DNA of 64,000 nucleotides from positions 1,922,001-1,986,000 of the forward strand of contig CM039002.1 of the NCBI GenBank assembly GCA_017499595.2, in the 5' to 3' direction. Position 1 is the stretch's first letter, and each line of letters starts with the position of its first letter. The stretch comes from Psilocybe cubensis (Eukaryota). Shown here piece by piece: positions 1 through 12,406 of this stretch. Below the pieces are notes generated by a model. The model saw only the letters and a program-made list of their open reading frames with translations, searched no databases and was not told where the DNA came from. The position numbers were made by a program, and so were the translations under genes.

Positions 1-2486
1 ACGGCCCACACCCCATCATGGGCCCCTATGGACCAGCCCCTCCGTACCACCACCAGCTCATCCAGGGCCCCCCGCCCGCCCCGTACAACCCACATATCCA
101 CCCCGCATTCCAGCCGTATCCACAGGGCCCGCCCCCGCCTATGCATCAGCACCCTCCTCCCCCAGACCCAGTCCATCCGCACCCACACCAACCACTTTCT
201 CCTGTCATGCGCGCTACCAGGGGCACAGATCCAAACGGCCACGACATGTCCAGCGCAAGGGCACTTGCTACAAACTTTGGCGTATCTCCCGCCATCACCT
301 CAGGCCTCAAGCTCGATGCTGGCAGCGAGGAGATCCCCGTCGACACAAATGCCTTGCCCAAGCTCGCCCTCCACGGCCCCCGCGAGGCAGAGCACTGGAT
401 CTCCGTCTCCGTCCCCAGAGACAAGACCGGCGGTGGTCCCAACGTTCTTTCTCTCTACGGCCCCATCACAAAGTCGCCCCAGGTCGACATCTGGCTCCCC
501 AAGGACCGCGCTTTCGCAAGCCACATCGTCGAAATCTACTTTAAGCATCTCAACATACATCGTCCCGTCTTTGCTCGCAAAGACTTTGAGAAAATTCTCG
601 ACGATCTCTACGACGGTGTCACTCCCGTCTATGACCCCGGTCATGTCTGCAGCATTTACCTGATTTTTGCTCTCGGTACACTTTGCGAACTGAATCATCG
701 CGCTGTTGCAAAATCTCCAGAGGCTGACCAGTTCTTGGGCTCTGCCGTCTCCAAGAAGCTCATGCCCCCCAACTGGCCTGAGCACGTTGAATTCTTTGAA
801 AGAGCTCTTGCCACCAAACCCGACCTCTATGTCGCAATTTCTAGCTTGCAGGCACTTATCCTGCTCTACTGGTATCTCTACATCGAGGTGATTACCCTCT
901 TATCCTTCCTGTCTTATTTTTTGCCAACTCCTTTCCTTTTAGCGTCAAGGCCGCACCCTATGGCGTCTTGTCGGAAATCTAGTTAGACTGTCTATCGAGC
1001 TCGGTCTCCATCACGATCCGACCATCCAAATGGCAGCTGGCACCAACCAGCACATCTTCACCGAAGAAGAAAGCCAGCTGCGCATCCGCCTATGGTCCAT
1101 CGTCCTGGCCCAAGACCGGGGGACGTCCATCCTTCTCGGGAGACCCCTCGCTATCGCCCCCTCTGACACCAACACTCCACAGCCCACGCGTGCAAAGAAC
1201 AAAAACTTTGTCGAGTTTTCAGAGCACTTTGAGCTGTCTCCCGCCGTCGCCGATATCCAGGCTGACATCATCAACTCCATGTATGCCCCCAGCATGCAGT
1301 CCGGGGACACCATCATGCGCAACGCCACCAGGATCATCAAGAGCATGGCCGCGTTTAGGAATAATTTGCCAGAGAAATATCAATACTACTTTACTGGTAC
1401 TGACAACTGGTCGACAGAGAAGAAGGCCAAGCTGGTCCATGATATCAGCGAGGATCTCGGTCTCACCCTGCTCAAGATTGGTATCGCCCGCATCCTGATG
1501 CTCCGCGCCTTGTTCAACAGCAATGAACTGTCCTACGATCAAAAGCACAAGGCTCTCGTCGATGGTACGCATGCTTTTTTCATTCACTCTTATCTTGAAC
1601 CCCTTCTCAATCCCATATTCAGCTATCATTACGTCGCACAACATCATCATCCTCCATAATCAGCTGATCCAATTCCCCAATATCGCCTTCTTCACCTCTC
1701 CTATCCCACTGCATATCGCCGCCATGGTCATTCTCTACGGCCACATTTCCGAGGTCCAGTGCCTGCCACCGACGACCGCCGTTAACGATGTCTTCCTCGC
1801 GCTTGACATGATCCCCAAGTTCCGGTGGCGCTGGGAGCGCAAAGACGCGAACGGCGGGCATCCACTCATCGCCAAGCTCGTCGAGCACGTCATGAAAGTG
1901 AACCTCCACAGCTTCGTCCCCGAGCAGAAGCCACCGTACCTCATCCCCGAGCTCGACTGGGACGAGACAAAGTCGCCCGCGATCAAGTCGCAGCACGGTA
2001 CACCCACGCTCACGTCCGCCGCGGGCGGGTACGGCGGTGGGCCCGGCGGCGCGCTGTACAAGTCCCCGCATCGCCCGCTGAACGCGCTCACGAACCCGAT
2101 GCATCGCGCGGGGAGCGGTGGTGGTGGCGGCGGTGGCGGCGGCGGCGGCGACCCCGACGCGACGAAGCTCGTCGAGATGCCGTCGAATTTGTTTTACCCG
2201 TTCTTCCCTGAGGCGCAGGTGCCCGTGTCGAACCCGGGAATGAATGTGCCGACCATTTTGAAGTCGGTCGCGGCTGCGCAGGACGGGTACGATGGTGCAC
2301 AGGGCTACCCCTCTAACCGTAACGCGGCGTCTGCTGAGCAACAGGATATCGACTGGATGTCTCCCATGGTACGTGCGCATGCTCTTGCTGGCTGATTAAC
2401 TCTTTTTTCTTTCTTGTTCTTTTCGCTGACGAACATGCTTTTTTTATGGTCGTATCTAGCACCCGCCTCGCAGCTATTCGTCTTGA
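1..2486 (+). CDS. Fungal-specific transcription factor (Fungal_trans middle-homology domain, probably Zn2Cys6 class); 5' end lies outside the window
   Basis: Spliced frames give YFKHLNIHRPVF, SSLQALILL, TLWRLVGNLVRLSIELGLHHDP and RIRLWSIVLAQDRGTSILLGRPLAI, typical of the Fungal_trans domain. Introns at ~888-941, ~1565-1623 and 2369-2459; last exon HPPRSYSS*. Confidence 0.85.
2117..2149 (+). repeat. (GGT/GGC)n trinucleotide tract encoding poly-Gly in the transcription factor C-terminus
   Basis: ggtggtggtggcggcggtggcggcggcggcggc, read as a run of about 11 Gly. Confidence 0.85.
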
Positions 2487-3817
2487 ATCTAAAGCTTAGG
2501 ATCTTGATCATCACACCAGTTTTCGCTCCGTACGCTTGCCTTTTGTAGCTTATCTCGCGTCTTCCTTGCCTTTGTGCCCATATGCCCTCTTTTCCCTTTT
2601 TTCTCTTCTCTCGCTTCGATTTCTGGTGCCCCCTATTGCACTATCTGCCCAATTTCTCCTGACGTCATACAGGTCGAACCGAAACCCATCTGCTTCCACT
2701 CAACCTTCCTTCCTTCTTTCCCATCCTAACGGTATCTTCAACAATTTCTGATTGTTGTGGATTTTTATAAAACCAAAGAAAAAAGAGGACGTTTACATAC
2801 ATATATACATACAATATTTAGCTAGGCTGGTTTGGGTGGATGGAAGGAGGGAGGGGTTGTATTTCTGTTTGTTTTTCTTTCTTTCTTTCCTCTTTTACTT
2901 CTCGCCTTTGACGCCCATATCAACGACTTGTTTCCTTTCTTCTTCACATTATGAAATATGTATCTGTATCAGGATTCCTCTTTTCTTATCCCTGGAAATT
3001 TTATCGTTGCTCCCATCCCATAGCCCCTTGCTCGACTTTGCACAGATATACTGATCAAATCAATAAAAACAAAGCTTGCTTATTCTTATAGTTATACCAT
3101 TGTCCATAACATCCCTCTTGTGGTTTCAAATTTTGAAAAATGAAATTTCCATTTCGCGATAAAAAAAATGAATCAGATAAAAAAAAGACAAAAAGAGAGA
3201 GAATAAGATAAACTAGTTCTAAATGAGCAATAAAGTTATACAAAAAGAATTTGTAGTAGGTACAACAGGAGTAAAAGAGGAAAGATATTGTGCGGTTTTG
3301 GAATGGATGGGATTGGACAAGGTAGTCAGCCGATTGGTCTGGTGGTGAATCAGACACAGTGTACTCTGAATCTGGGCCAAGCTATCGTCTAGGGTAAATG
3401 CATATGGTTGAACGTAAGCGTGATAGGTTGCGATGTGTCTAGGTATGTTAAAAAAATGCGAGTGGGGTGGGGGTGGATGAGCTGGGGATATGAGATGGGA
3501 TCCAACAGTGATGGTTAGTCAAGTGCGGGTAATCGTTCAGTCCAGCCACGACGCGCGCGGTGGAGGCGCGTCACACATGCATGGTGCCGACAAGGCTGGA
3601 TGACACATTGACAGTGAAGATGATGATGAGATGATGTGATGTATGGAAAATGCGGGTAAGAGTACATTGGTCGGAGAACATAAGAGCGTCGTGCTGGTGG
3701 TTGTGTTGACGACGGCAGAGCATGCGTGATAGAGGACGTGTAGTGTAGAGGGGGCATGAATGAAGGAGAGAGCAAACGACAGCAATGGATAGACTGGATA
3801 AACGACCTCGAAAAGAA

Positions 3818-4980
3818 TCATCTCTTGAGAATCTTCTCCATTCTTGCTAGTGCAACGTCGACACCCTTGATGAGCAGTGTCACCTGTCGAGGGAATATTC
3901 TCTCCTTCGCCTTTTCATTCCCGTCGTCGTCGTACTCGAACGCCTGTTGGTCTTGCAGTGCCTTCTCCAAAGCTATCGGCAGGCTCAGTGTTATCCTTGT
4001 CAGCTGGATAGTCAGCCGCGAGCGACCCATCAGGTCGAAGTATGACAGCTCGCGGAAAGCACTCTGCACTTCAAGTAGTCGGGTCACCTCGGTGTGTAGA
4101 GCGTAGATGCATGTCCGGCAAGCTAGACGAATATGCATTTGTGAGATGAGGAAAAGATTGAGATTATGAATCGGCATACTTAGCGCTCGCTCGCGGATGC
4201 CTTGTAGTGTAACAAGAACAGAGTTGATACCGTCTTCTCCGAGCTTAATTGACGGGTTGATGTCATTGATTGCCTCTGTAGCATGAGGCATTAACACTTG
4301 AAAAAAAACCGTACAAATGTACACACTCAGCAGAGTTCTGATGACCTCGAGGTCGCCATCGAGAAAATCGTTGAAGGCACCTAGCACAACGCTCCGAAAA
4401 GTGTCTTCAGCATGGCCCATAGGTCTAGTAGCAAAAACATCGAAATTTGACGAAGGTGATCGGTTGTCATATACACGTTTTAGGGAAGGTTTGCTGAGCA
4501 CATCATACGCGACCGCGACTTTCTGGAAAGCATGTGTTGCATCTGGATTGTCCGGAAATTTACTAATCCAAATGGAAATTAGGAAAAGCTTGGTTGGTAG
4601 ATAAACAAATCGATACGTACTCTGGATGGCAAGCTCTACTTCGTGAGAGATAAGCTCTTCGCAGAGTCATTTTGTCCAATGTAGCGGACTTAGGAACACC
4701 AAGGATTTCGTAAAGGTCGTCATTTTCGAGTACAGCGCGTACGACGGCGGCACCGCGTCCGTCAGAGTCATGATTGGGATTTGTGGATTGCTCGCGTTTT
4801 GAGGATGAGCCAGAGGGCTCTGCTACCCATGTAAGATATTTGCGTTCATAGTTCTCGATATCCTCGTCCTCCTCCTCATCTATGGGGAGATGAAAGTACG
4901 TGCTTGCTGCACAGGATGAGTATTGGGTCCATAATATTCACGAAAGAAGGCATACCTGTGGAGAGGGCGTAAGAGAACAT
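3818..4980 (-). CDS. DnaJ (J-domain) protein, 3 exons
   Basis: Spliced: MFSYALSTASTYFHL...DLYEILGVPKSA...LRRAYLSRSRACHPD|KFPDNPDATHAFQKVAVAYDVLSKPSLKRVYD. Contains the HPD motif and J-domain helices, then continues in ORF 3818..4501. Confidence 0.9.
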
Positions 4981-5065
4981 GGGAATTGTTGAAGAAAAGA
5001 GATAGCATTTGAGTGATGGTCTTGAATTTAAACGACCTTCATGTGATTGTGCTCTACTATGCTGA

Positions 5066-6271
5066 CTAAGCTTTCAACGCGGCCACGAACTTGGTTACTG
5101 CCCGGCCCACCTCTCCCCGCGAACCCATTACTGTGAATCGCACTGAATCTCGAATATCATCCCCAGTGTACTCGGTGAGTTCAAATCGACCAAATGCCCA
5201 GTTCAGTATATACACTTTTCCATCGTCAAGTCTCACAAAACCTTTGACTCTCCAAACCGTGTCTTTCGGGACTAGTTCGAGTGCTTGTATCAGCTTTGTT
5301 TTTTCCATTGTAGTAGTATCAGTCTCCTCAGAAGAAGCATGGCTGTGGTTATGATGGACAATTCCTGCCCGTCCCAGAGTCAAGGTCTCGACTTCATCGT
5401 GGTCGACTGGAGCGGACTTGGGGTCGGACAAGAAGTGCTTTGATTGGAGGCCAAAAATCAGGCCCGGGTCGACCCCGTTCCTTGTTTGACATTTGATTTT
5501 TGGGGTGGTATCGTTCAGGGTATGCAGATGGTCCATCACGATATCGAGCGAACGTTCTGAAACGTGTTCCCATTTATTCTGAGGATGGGTCGCTTATCAA
5601 TCAGAATTGAAACCGGGGGCTAGAAGAGAGAGACACACGATGAGTATAATGTCCGAGTAGCTGGCCTGCATCCTTGCAGTGGGCGAGGTGTCTTCGTATC
5701 CGACGAAATTCTCAGCGTCGATGACGGTGACGATAGCATCAAGATTGAAGTCGCCCCCCGTGTCGCGTTCTAACTGACGGATCTGGAAGGCCAAGGTGGC
5801 TGGAAACGCCGAGCCGCTGCGAATGGGATGCTATGTTGGACAGGAATGCAATCCGACACTAACAAGGCAGCTCACGAGCATTCTATGATAATTCGATCCG
5901 GTCGATAATTATCTACGGAGGCGGAACTGCTTTTGAGGCACATCATTAAATAACTCTTGGGAGCCTACATACCACGAATTTCCAAAAGAGCATTTTGCAT
6001 CTGGCCTACCAGGACACAACACCTGGGCAAGTCAGCGCACGCATTGGCGAATCATATGGCAGACGACGCACATGCATCCATTGAGGATCTCGCTGACGGC
6101 TGTGAGGGAAGACTGGTTGGCGAGCTTGCTATCTACCTCCACATCTCCAAACTCATTCTTGAGCAGAACGACTTTGTAGTCCTTGGGGAGCTTTGGAAGG
6201 AGAGAGAGGATGACAGAGGTCTTTCCAGCGCCGAGAAAGCCAGTGAAGACGGTGATGGGGATGGAGGGCAT
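5066..6271 (-). CDS. CobW/COG0523 (G3E family) metal-chaperone GTPase
   Basis: Walker A GFLGAGKT, NEFGD, GCMCC (split by an intron), IIIECSG, IVTVIDA, NKWE, a His-rich linker (HHNHSH) and a CobW_C segment with WRVKGFV. Confidence 0.93.
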
Positions 6272-6353
6272 ACTGTGGGAGTCCGAAAATAGACATTTTT
6301 GTCAAATGAAGTGATCGTGTTTATGACGTAAACATAACTTGCCTCCGTTCAAC

Positions 6354-9300
6354 ATGGCAGTGGCAAGAATACACGCTGCCCCAATAGCTCGTCTGCACAC
6401 ATCGCTCGCCACCACTGCCTTTCTCTCAGCACTCATACTCGGTTGTGCACTACACTACCGCAAGATTGTCAAGAACAGCGTCGCACAATACCCCGATGAA
6501 TGGTTTCCTTCCGTTTCAGCGACGTACGCCATTCTCTGCCTTGTGTTCATGCGCCTTTACTCATCACCCCTGCAGTATCGGAGACTGGTATCCAGAGCGA
6601 AACATATTCCAGATTCTCATTGCTCTCACCTCAGGTTCTTCATTTACCCCCTGGCTTCAGCTTAGCGCTCTTACCCCATCCCAGGCCCGCGTTTTGCTCT
6701 TGTCTTTCTCCAGTACTTTCTCCATCATTCATCCACGTCGTCTCTCCCAACCGTTGTCTTTCTTTCCGGTCTTGTGCGAACCCTCTCCTGCGGAGGTTGG
6801 GTCTACATCACCTCCAGCGACGACCATGATGTACACGACTTTATGATGATCCTCTACATGGTCTGCAACATACCCTGGATGCTCCTAGGCATCGCGTGCA
6901 CCCCCCCTGCTAGAACCTCCGTGCGTCGAAAGAGGTGCGCGAGCTTATACCCCACAGTAACAATATGATTGATCACATCCGTTCAACGTCATTCCAGGAT
7001 GCTGATTGCCGGCGCGTATGTTACACACGTGCTATTCTGCAGATTTCTCCTATTAACGCGTCATGCTCCTAGGTTTTTTGCCACCATCGGCCCCCTGGTC
7101 TATTTCTTCATACAGCACAAAGTCCACCGTATACCTGGAGGTAGATAAGGGCGCTTCTACCCTTCAAGCTGACTTATATCCTATTTTTAGCCTATACCCG
7201 CTACGCCTTTTTCGAATGGGGACTCATCTTCTTTGACGTCTTGTATGATTCAGTTGCAGAGCAAGAATTTAGAGAAGCGGATTTGCACGCAAGTTGTCTC
7301 TTGGTCATTTATAATCAGTACTAAATCTTATGTCTAGATATCCCTGACTAGCCACCTTGACGCAAGCTCCAAACTGACTCCTGTCAAGCCAGGGCAAGTA
7401 CCCTTTCCATATTTTCTACGGCCGCTAACCTTCCATATCAGTCTTCAAGAACAAATTTCTACGGCAATTGAGATACTTCAAGTACAAGGGGATGTCAAAA
7501 ACAGAAGTTCTTTCAAATCACAGACTCTCGCGGGATCACATATTGACAAACCTCTGGCAAATGCTGTAGAAAGTGCACTGGCACCAGCACACACCACTCA
7601 CGCCACCTCACAAAACGCGTCCAGAATACCTGCATCTTGGCGTAATGTCCTCACTTTTCTGTCTGACGTCTATCTTTGTAGGCATCTCGTATTAATATCA
7701 TGTCTCCAACTACTAATGACTGGCTTCTTAGCTTATGTTTTTTGGACGCTCTTCACTTCCCTCATACCCACACTGTTCTACTTCTCCGTTTGGAAGCTTG
7801 GTATTGCAGGACATGAGCTTGCGCTTCTCTCCGTACTTTCTCCCCTCCTCCTGTCTCTGTCTTCACCTTATGACTACATTTTCACTACTCCTGGCACAAG
7901 TCAGACTAATTTGGTGCCGTCCGTTCTAGCATATGCTAGAAGTCGAAAAGGGCAGGGCACTCTGCAGTTGATATCACTCATTGGCGTTGTTGCCTACCTT
8001 GTGCCGAGTCCCGGTGGAAGACTAGGACTTGTCGCCGTCGCAAATATTGTTGCCGTCATGCGGCAAGTGGTCGCTTGGTCTGGTATAGTTGACGGCGAAA
8101 CTGATGTACCCTACCAAGCAATCGGTGGGTCCCCAATACTAAAATGGTTGCATGAGTGTTGCTAACCTGACCTATTAATTAAGTCACTGGACTTGGTATC
8201 CTCACTTCTTCGTTATTGAAGCAAGCTAACAGAGCGAATAATCCATGTAAGATGTTTTCTGAATTAATCTTTCGAAAGGGACGTTGACTTGATCCAAATT
8301 TTTAGTGTGGCCATTCATCAACCACAAGGCCGGAGGATACAACAAGACGGGCCTAGTTTTAGCCCTTCTCGCGATATATGAATATAGCGCGCGCCCAGTC
8401 TTCTCCACTCCCAAAACTACGAAGAAAAGCACAGCGCAGGTCAAACCAGAACCGTTTCAAAGTGCATGGCGTGGAGCCCTACCTTTAGGCTCTCTCCTGT
8501 TCTGCATACACAATTTACTCTCTGAACCAAGCACCCTGATCGCATGGTCATGGACAGGATATGAGAACCGACTTCCACGCGGGCCTGTACCTCACATCCA
8601 TGGATCTTTAACCGTTCTTGCCATGGCGCTCGGCCTTCTACTCGCGTGCATATCCTCCAAGAATAATAAACTAGGCAGTGTGCTGACAAGCCCCGCTTGG
8701 TTCCTCTTTGGCACGGGTAGCTCCTATGTGATGTACGCGTACAGAAACTGGATGGGCTACGTAGGGGGACTTGGAGTGGCTGCTTTTTTGATGTCTCTGC
8801 TCCCTGGGGTATTCCATACGGCCGCTTACTCGGCTGGTGATGTAGGGGGGAGTGGTCGGAATATCTCAAAAACATATTCCATGGCCCTGGCTGTTTATTG
8901 TGTTTTGAACTTGGCGAGCATCTTTACAGTTGCATACGCATTTGTGCCTGGTGGTATATACCTGCGTGAGAGAACGGACTTGTGAGTCTATTTTATTTAC
9001 ACTTTCTTTCCCTACTCACACAACTTCCTTTTTCAAAAAAAGAGTGACAACCATACAGATAGCATGCTTCCTCCCTGCCTTCCGATGGTCCACTTCCAAG
9101 TCATCTGGCCATGCCATTAGCACATCATCTCAAACAAGATACGCAACCAAGGATAAGTACAAACCTCACATACTGATCACGCTCTTCATCCTATCCTCCC
9201 TCTCACTTCTAACGACTCTGCACCGTGTTCCCCGCACAATCCCCGTACCTTATAAATCCGGAACGAGAATCTTTAACACGGGCATCTGGACAGTACATTT

Positions 9301-10677
9301 TGGGATTGACAATGAAGGCCATGACAGCCAGCGTGGAATACTGAACTTGATCAAGGATATGGAGCTGGATATTGTGGGACTTTTGGAGACGGATTTGCAT
9401 GTATGTATCTGCATCTCTTCTAAAATTGTTAAGTCGGCTATGACTGACCTGGTATTGGGGGTGTAGAGAACTGCATTTGGACACCGCGATCTGTGAGTAC
9501 TTCATCACTTTGCTTTAGAAATGTCAATTGATTAGAATGCGTCAGAACACGGCTTATTGTGGAAGAATCAAATTATGTACGTTATGTCCATTTCATCGGT
9601 CTACCTACAGACTAAAATCGATTTCTACATAGAACGTAGACATCGGTCCTGGACCCAACGCCCATACATGGGGTGCTGTGCTGCTTTCAAAGGTACGAAG
9701 ATATACATTGCTTTTGTTCAATTATTTGATTTTTGCACAAATTCGTGCAGTTCCCCATTATCAGTACCAAACACCATCTTCTACCTTCACCTCACGGGGA
9801 GCTTGCTCCGGCTATCGAAGCAGTTTTGGATGTGTATGGAACAGAGGTGCTTGTTGTGGTGGCACATAATGGCCAAGGTAAGACGGACAGATCATCTATT
9901 TGTAATTCCAATCGTTATTTACGACATATGATCCCCCTTGAATGAACAGAGGAAGATCCCCTGGACAGAGAACTTCAAAGCACGGAGTTGGCTAAGATCA
10001 TGGCTGCATCTACTAGACCTGTTGTTTTCCTAGGCTACGTTGTAACAAAACCTCATACCCCTCGTCGTGAGTATCTTACACCGTGACCCTATGTAACTTC
10101 TTCAAACTGACCGCCTTTCCACAGCCAATCCTTACGGCATCATGGTTAACGAAGGGAACGTTCACGACATCGACGAGGATGACCTCGACAGATGGTACGT
10201 GTCCATCTTCATTTCGGAAGTACAATGTGATTGACCCCACTGATTGGTGTAGGTGCGAATACATCTTCTACAGGGGCCTGTACCGCACCTCGTACGCGCG
10301 GGTCTCGCGCGGGATTATCACCGACACTGAGACGCAAATTGGGCAGTTCGTGCTACCACGCCAGGGACACAACGTTACGGATGACTCCAAGGAGGCGAGG
10401 TATCTGAGATCGAGGAAAGAGGAACTCGCAGTTGAACACGTATGTATTTTTATTCCGTTTGGAATATTTCTCAAAATGGATAACTGATGGCAATTAATTA
10501 AAAGTGGTTCCCGATGCCATACTACGGCGATGAGAAACAAGGAGGTGTGAATGGGCATTATTACCATGTATTCAATACGGTGGGTTGCTTCCCTTGCCAT
10601 CTGGTATTTATGGATCTGACGGAGTTCACATTATATAGCCTTTATATTACAAGATTCCTGAAAGCGCGGAGTTGTAG
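6354..10677 (+). CDS. CWH43: CWH43 / PGAP2-interacting protein (GPI-anchor lipid remodelling), multi-exon
   Basis: [103 protein letters not shown]. Final exon [12 protein letters not shown]. Confidence 0.95.
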
Positions 10678-11164
10678 TTGTGTGCCTGTACTCTGCGAGT
10701 GTTATTATTCATGTTGTAGAAATGTTGTAAAGTTCAAAATCAGACCAATGTATACCTTTTTAGTCATAAGTTTCAACGTAGTCTCCATGGGCCATTATGT
10801 GCTCTGCACACTTCAGGCTCGCTAAACCTAAATGCTAAAATGGGTGGAAATGGGGATAGAAACCATTGAATCTTGATCCAATAAATTTATGTACATTGTG
10901 GCGTAGTATGTGTTTGTAGATTGATATGAGTTGTGGAAATAATAATATGTACAGCGGACCGGAAGAATAGCTGTGCGCAGATATTGCACGATATATACAA
11001 TGTTGCAACGAGTTGAGGTGGTCCAAAATGCCAAAATGTCGTAATGTTAGAAATGGGGTAACTGGTTGGTGGAAAACAAATTCATAAACTGATATGTAAA
11101 CTGATTCAAACGCCAGTCGATCTCGCATCCGGGGAGTCCTTTACTCAAGAGATCTTGAAGGAAA

Positions 11165-12199
11165 TCAGCCAAAAAAGTAGGTCCTGAAATGACGACGAAG
11201 GCATAGCACGTTCATATCGGACATGGACGCATCTTCGGGTCCAAGTGGAAGCCTGGTCTTCAGGAGCAAGTCGATTTCCTCGTCTGTCCACATAGATATC
11301 GCAAGTAGGTGCTCCTGAGTGTCTATTCCAAAATCTATAAAGCGCTGCAAATATCTTGACATCGAAGGGATACATGAGTCAAGAAAAACGTGGATCCGGC
11401 TGATTTGGTGGCCATGACTCGACCTGGATGACGGCTGGGAAATCCCCAAGTGTGATGAGTCGGGTAGCGATTGTGGGGGTGAAGTGACCGCATAAGAATT
11501 ATATAAGGTTGGCATCGTTTTTTTCTCGTCGCTGACGAACTTGATTTTACGTGTTGTGATAGGCGCTGGAATTTTGGAACTTGGCATCTCCACAAAGGCC
11601 GGGGACAATCCTAAAACAGGTCTAGGCACCAACGAGTTTTCGGTCTGAGGCGCATTTGGAACGACAGAACGCGAATTTCTCTCAATAGAATTGGGTAACA
11701 ATACATATGGCTGCCCAGTTGGTGGGTTTGAATAGCTTCTGGATTTCCTCTGTTGTGGAGCCCTGGAGTTTTTCTTGCTACGCATATATGTATGGTAGTA
11801 TTTGATGTATTTCTCCAGGCAAATAACGGTCTCGGGTCCGTCATCACTGTTGAAAGTATCGGGGTACACTTGTACTACCTTCAAGCATGAGCGGCGAGTG
11901 CGATGAGCGGTAGTTATTTTCAGAGTAAGCAAACAACGAAAATACCTTATTTTTCACCATCTTTATAGCTTCCTCTTGTACGGTTGGTGTCTTGAGCATA
12001 TCGAGGTATTTTTCACAGTATTTCTGTACCGTACGCTGTGTGTGTGGAGTATCAGGAAAAGGAGCACGCCAGAGAATAGTCCAGATGTGAGCATATCACC
12101 GACAATTAATGTAGTATAGAGATCATGATGATTTTGCAGTTTCAATACGTGTTTGAATGTGGTGCAGATCCCATTTCCCTTTTTCCGTCTTGATGGCAT
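11165..12199 (-). CDS. Hypothetical protein, 3 exons, with a C-terminal helical SAM-like segment
   Basis: Exons join in frame: MPSRRKKG...LYTTLI|RTVQKYCEKYLD...VKNK|VVQVYPDTF..., then a Pro/Ser linker and FLDSCIPSMSRYLQRFIDFGIDTQEHLLAISMWTDEEIDLLL (SAM-like pattern, inferred). Confidence 0.65.
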
Positions 12200-12406
12200 G
12201 TTGATGCTGTTTATAAGATTTTTTTTTTGATCTTATTGACGGAGACAGTGAAGGTCCAAACCAACTTTTCGAGAATCTCGAAACAAGTTCAACTACTCAA
12301 CAATGGTCAACAATGCACAACAAGTTAGGGCCAAATGTATCACGTGATTCATTGGGAGTAGCCACAGCCAAAAGCTCTACCAGTGCTACCACACCACCAC
12401 CACACC

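Noticed and set aside
1619-2380. 253-aa antisense ORF and other long antisense/overlapping ORFs (e.g. 21774-22439)
   Set aside because: Shadow frames of real genes, favoured by GC-rich codon usage; no recognisable motifs.
2490-3320. AT-rich, pyrimidine- then purine-skewed low-complexity stretch with ~100-aa hydrophobic ORFs
   Set aside because: Consistent with UTR/intergenic low complexity; no terminal repeats or coding signal.
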